Shown in pieces: positions 61,200 through 64,000 of a stretch of 64,000 nt of DNA. The notes beneath the pieces were generated by a model. It was given only the letters and a program-made list of their open reading frames with translations. It was not told the DNA's origin and made no database searches. This stretch comes from Octopus sinensis (taxonomy: Eukaryota). Each line of letters opens with the position of its first letter. Position 1 is the stretch's first letter. Both the position numbers and the translations under genes were made by a program. The DNA lies in NCBI RefSeq assembly GCF_006345805.1, contig NC_043010.1, positions 17,174,001 to 17,238,000 on the forward strand. Direction: 5' to 3'.

Positions 61200-61545
61200 G
61201 GAAATTGCAAGTTTGTAGTAGGAAACATTTTAGATGAGAGCATTGACTGAAAACTTCTTTCCTGCAGTTTAAAAGAGTCCCCAAGTTGAGTGAATTTTTT
61301 TAAGATTCTTGCCCTCGCTGCCAAACAAAGCTTACGTCATTTGCTCCCATTTATATAAGTCCCCTGTTGTTCAAGGATTTTTCCTTTAATTATACTTAGG
61401 GTTCCTTTCTCTTTTAAGCATCATTCATAACTGGCAAGAGATGTGATGTTGCAACTTTCCAGTATCCTGAAAGTAGATTTGTGGTAGTTCAGACGTTGCT
61501 TAAATGAGTGTACGGTTGAACTGACATATTTTTGTGTCTGTGTAT
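61200..61545 (-). mobile_element. Penelope-like GIY-YIG endonuclease fragment
   Basis: KYVSSTVHSFKQRLNYHKSTF...TSLASYE*CLKEKG..IIKGKILEQ..Y.NGSK*RKLCLAARARIL..LLNCRKEVFSQCSH matches the PLE pattern YIG.T..FK.R..H..SF..LS.Y.W.LK...C.LCL.EK..I..LN.RSE..C.H. Confidence 0.78.
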
Positions 61546-62449
61546 TGGATCTGCTACCACCCCTGATGTTTCTTTCATTAAATCTGTGTCTGATGTTGTT
61601 GTTGCTGGAATCACTGCTGGTGCTAATATTCCTGGACACAGTTCTGGTGGTTCTGTTGCTGCTGGCATAGCAGCTAATTCCTGCCGCAAAGTTGGTGTTG
61701 CTGTTGCTGCCATTGCAACTGTTAGTATTGTTGTCTCTGCTGCTTGATGTGCCGCTATCGTTGTTGTCGTTGGTGGAGGTATCGTTACTGCTGAGACTGT
61801 TACTTGGATGCCAGTGGTGGCTACCACCTCAGCCTCATACACAACTTCCTTGGCTTCACTTCAACCCCGTCTACCCCCCCACCACCACCACCAATGGTCA
61901 TTGCATACCCTACATGAGCATCCTGCCTTTGGTCATGGCTTAGGGGTACTCACTAAAATTTTCTTAATGTTGGTGTGCAACTGAGGAATACCCTTAAGTT
62001 ATGCTTATTAAACAAATGTCCATATCTATGTGACTGTGCGAAGTGTCTGTCTCAATCCAAGGAATGTTCTTCCTACACAGGTTTTTAACATTGAGAGAAA
62101 AGGGTGGGACAAACTAAACATTACACTGATGCTTCTTTTTGCAAGCACTATGGCTCAACATATAGGAGATGTGGTCCTTAAATCCACTGGACACCAGAGC
62201 CACAGTTTTGAAAACTCTTGACTTGAGGACAGGTTTGAGATTCTCTAGCTGTTATCCTTCACTAGGTTCCTGAACACAATAGACTGGTGGCAGGAGGCTG
62301 TGTTAAAGTAGGACATCCTCTTGTCTGGTTTCTCTATTGGCAAGAAATCTTGAAATAAAACTGAACAATGACATACATACATACATGCATGCGTGCGTAC
62401 GTACATACACACGCATGTACACATACATACATATATTCATAGAAACAAT

Positions 62450-62970
62450 ACTTTCAGAGCATCCTCCACCATTGAATAGGGTGGAGGAAGTTCAGAGAGC
62501 TATTACCTCTGTTGGCAACAAAAGGACTCTCTCTCTCAGAATGAAAGGTAGACTATATGATGCTTGTGTACAAATGGCTATACTCCATGGTAGTGAGACA
62601 TGGGCTCTGAATGCAGAAGACATGCATAGACTGGAGAGAAACGAAGGTAGTATGCTCCATTTGATGTGCACATGTACAGCAAAGTGCAAATGTATTGAGA
62701 GAAAAGTTGGGCATAAGAGGAATCAAATGTAGCAAGCAAGAGAGAAGACGATATTGGTTTGGACATGTGATGTGTATGAATGGGGACAGCTGCATAAAGA
62801 AGTGCTGATCACTGAAAGTGGATGGTACCCAGTAGGACATGAAATAAAGTGGTAAGGGCTGATCACAGGATGTTGGGCCTCATGGAGGAAATGACAATGA
62901 ACTGAAATGTTTGGCAACATGAGATTCCTGAGAAGACCCACCTGCATCAGTGAAACTGAGTTCTAGAAGC
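62450..62970 (+). mobile_element. RTE C-terminal fragment
   Basis: [39 protein letters not shown]. Confidence 0.82.
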
Positions 62971-64000
62971 ACTGTGTGTACCACCCACACTTAGCAAGAA
63001 AACTTCTCACACACCCTACCACAAAAAACCAAACTGCATCTCTTCTCTTCCTCGCATTTCCACTTCATGCACTATGCTTACCCCACTCTCCTCAATCCTG
63101 TCCTCTTCACTCTGTTTCACTGTATCATTGATACCTGCTAGCCCCGATCTGTGTGTCCCACCTACACACTCTGTCTCACTGTATCAATGATATCTGCTAG
63201 CCCCTAACCTGTATGCTCTACCCACACGTAACAAGGAAACTTTTCACACACCCTACCCCAACAAACCAATCTACATCTCTTCTCTACTTCACATTTCCTC
63301 CTTCTTACATATGCCTACCTCTCACTCCCCAATCCTGTCTTCATGGCTCTGTTTCTCTGTATCATTCTCTGTATCCATCTATATACACCCAGGTTTTCAC
63401 CACTCCACACTCTCCAATCATGCTTCTTACACAATATCCTGCCACTTATATTATGACATTTGAACCTCAAGGGTATGCTCTGGCTCTTTCCACCTTCTAT
63501 ATCTCTCTCTCTTCCTTTACTCAATCACACCATTTATATTCTGATCCCCCGTTCCTTGTGAGTATGCCTGGCACTTTTCCACCATCTCTATCCTGCTGTA
63601 TCCCACTCTCTCTCTCTCACTCTTTCTCTTGAACTTCCCTCAGGTTGGGTAACCATGTATCTTTTTTGCAGCAGCACACTTGTTTCTGTCCTGAATCCTG
63701 ATCTTTCTCTCTCTCTTGCTGGGTAACCTGGTACCTCCTCTGTAGCAAGATACCTGTATCTGTCTCTCTATCTCACTACAACCTTTCATCATCCGACCCA
63801 AGATCAACTCTTCCAATGTCCCCTCCTCTCTCAAAAGATTTTTGTCTTGCAAGGTACTTGGTGACCTTGTCAGTGCAGGTGCCACTTAAAAAGCATCCAG
63901 TCACACTGTAGAGTGGTTGGCGTTTGGAAGGGCATCCAGCTGTAAAAACCTTGCCAAAACTGACCTCGCATGTACTTGGGCCATGTAAAAAGCACTAAGT

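Noticed and set aside
61489-61850. Ala/Thr-rich or Ser/Asn-rich ORFs resembling a mucin-like exon
   Set aside because: Low-complexity trinucleotide sequence contiguous with a decayed Penelope GIY-YIG fragment; no convincing splice sites or homology.

Overview
AT-rich, repeat-dense animal genomic DNA. The repeat families and intron sizes suggest a coleoid cephalopod such as Octopus; this is an inference. A KCTD9 orthologue runs on the minus strand. I reconstructed 10 coding exons from the ATG at 52788 down to 1092, all with GT-AG splice sites and matching phases (979 nt, 326 codons: N-terminal domain, BTB/POZ, pentapeptide repeats). Its final exons lie beyond the left edge of the window. A single-exon DHHC palmitoyltransferase ORF (38000-38845, 281 aa, intact catalytic motif) is nested on the same strand inside the 31.5-kb first intron. 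The rest is mostly mobile DNA: mariner and maT relics, five copies of a Merlin-like MITE, hAT and piggyBac MITEs, two non-autonomous Helitrons, RTE, CR1-type and RLE-type LINE fragments, Penelope-like fragments, three tRNA-derived SINE families, a 1.1-1.3 kb tandem triplication, and mini- and microsatellites. Four observations stand out: (1) hammerhead-ribozyme relics with stem I covariation in (TA)n-associated Penelope-like elements; (2) a LINE/SINE pair sharing a 3' tail with a compensated stem-loop; (3) the nested intronless ZDHHC gene; (4) a MITE cluster around a promoter-like island in intron 1. Exon, TIR and TSD coordinates were counted by hand, and repeat boundaries are approximate.
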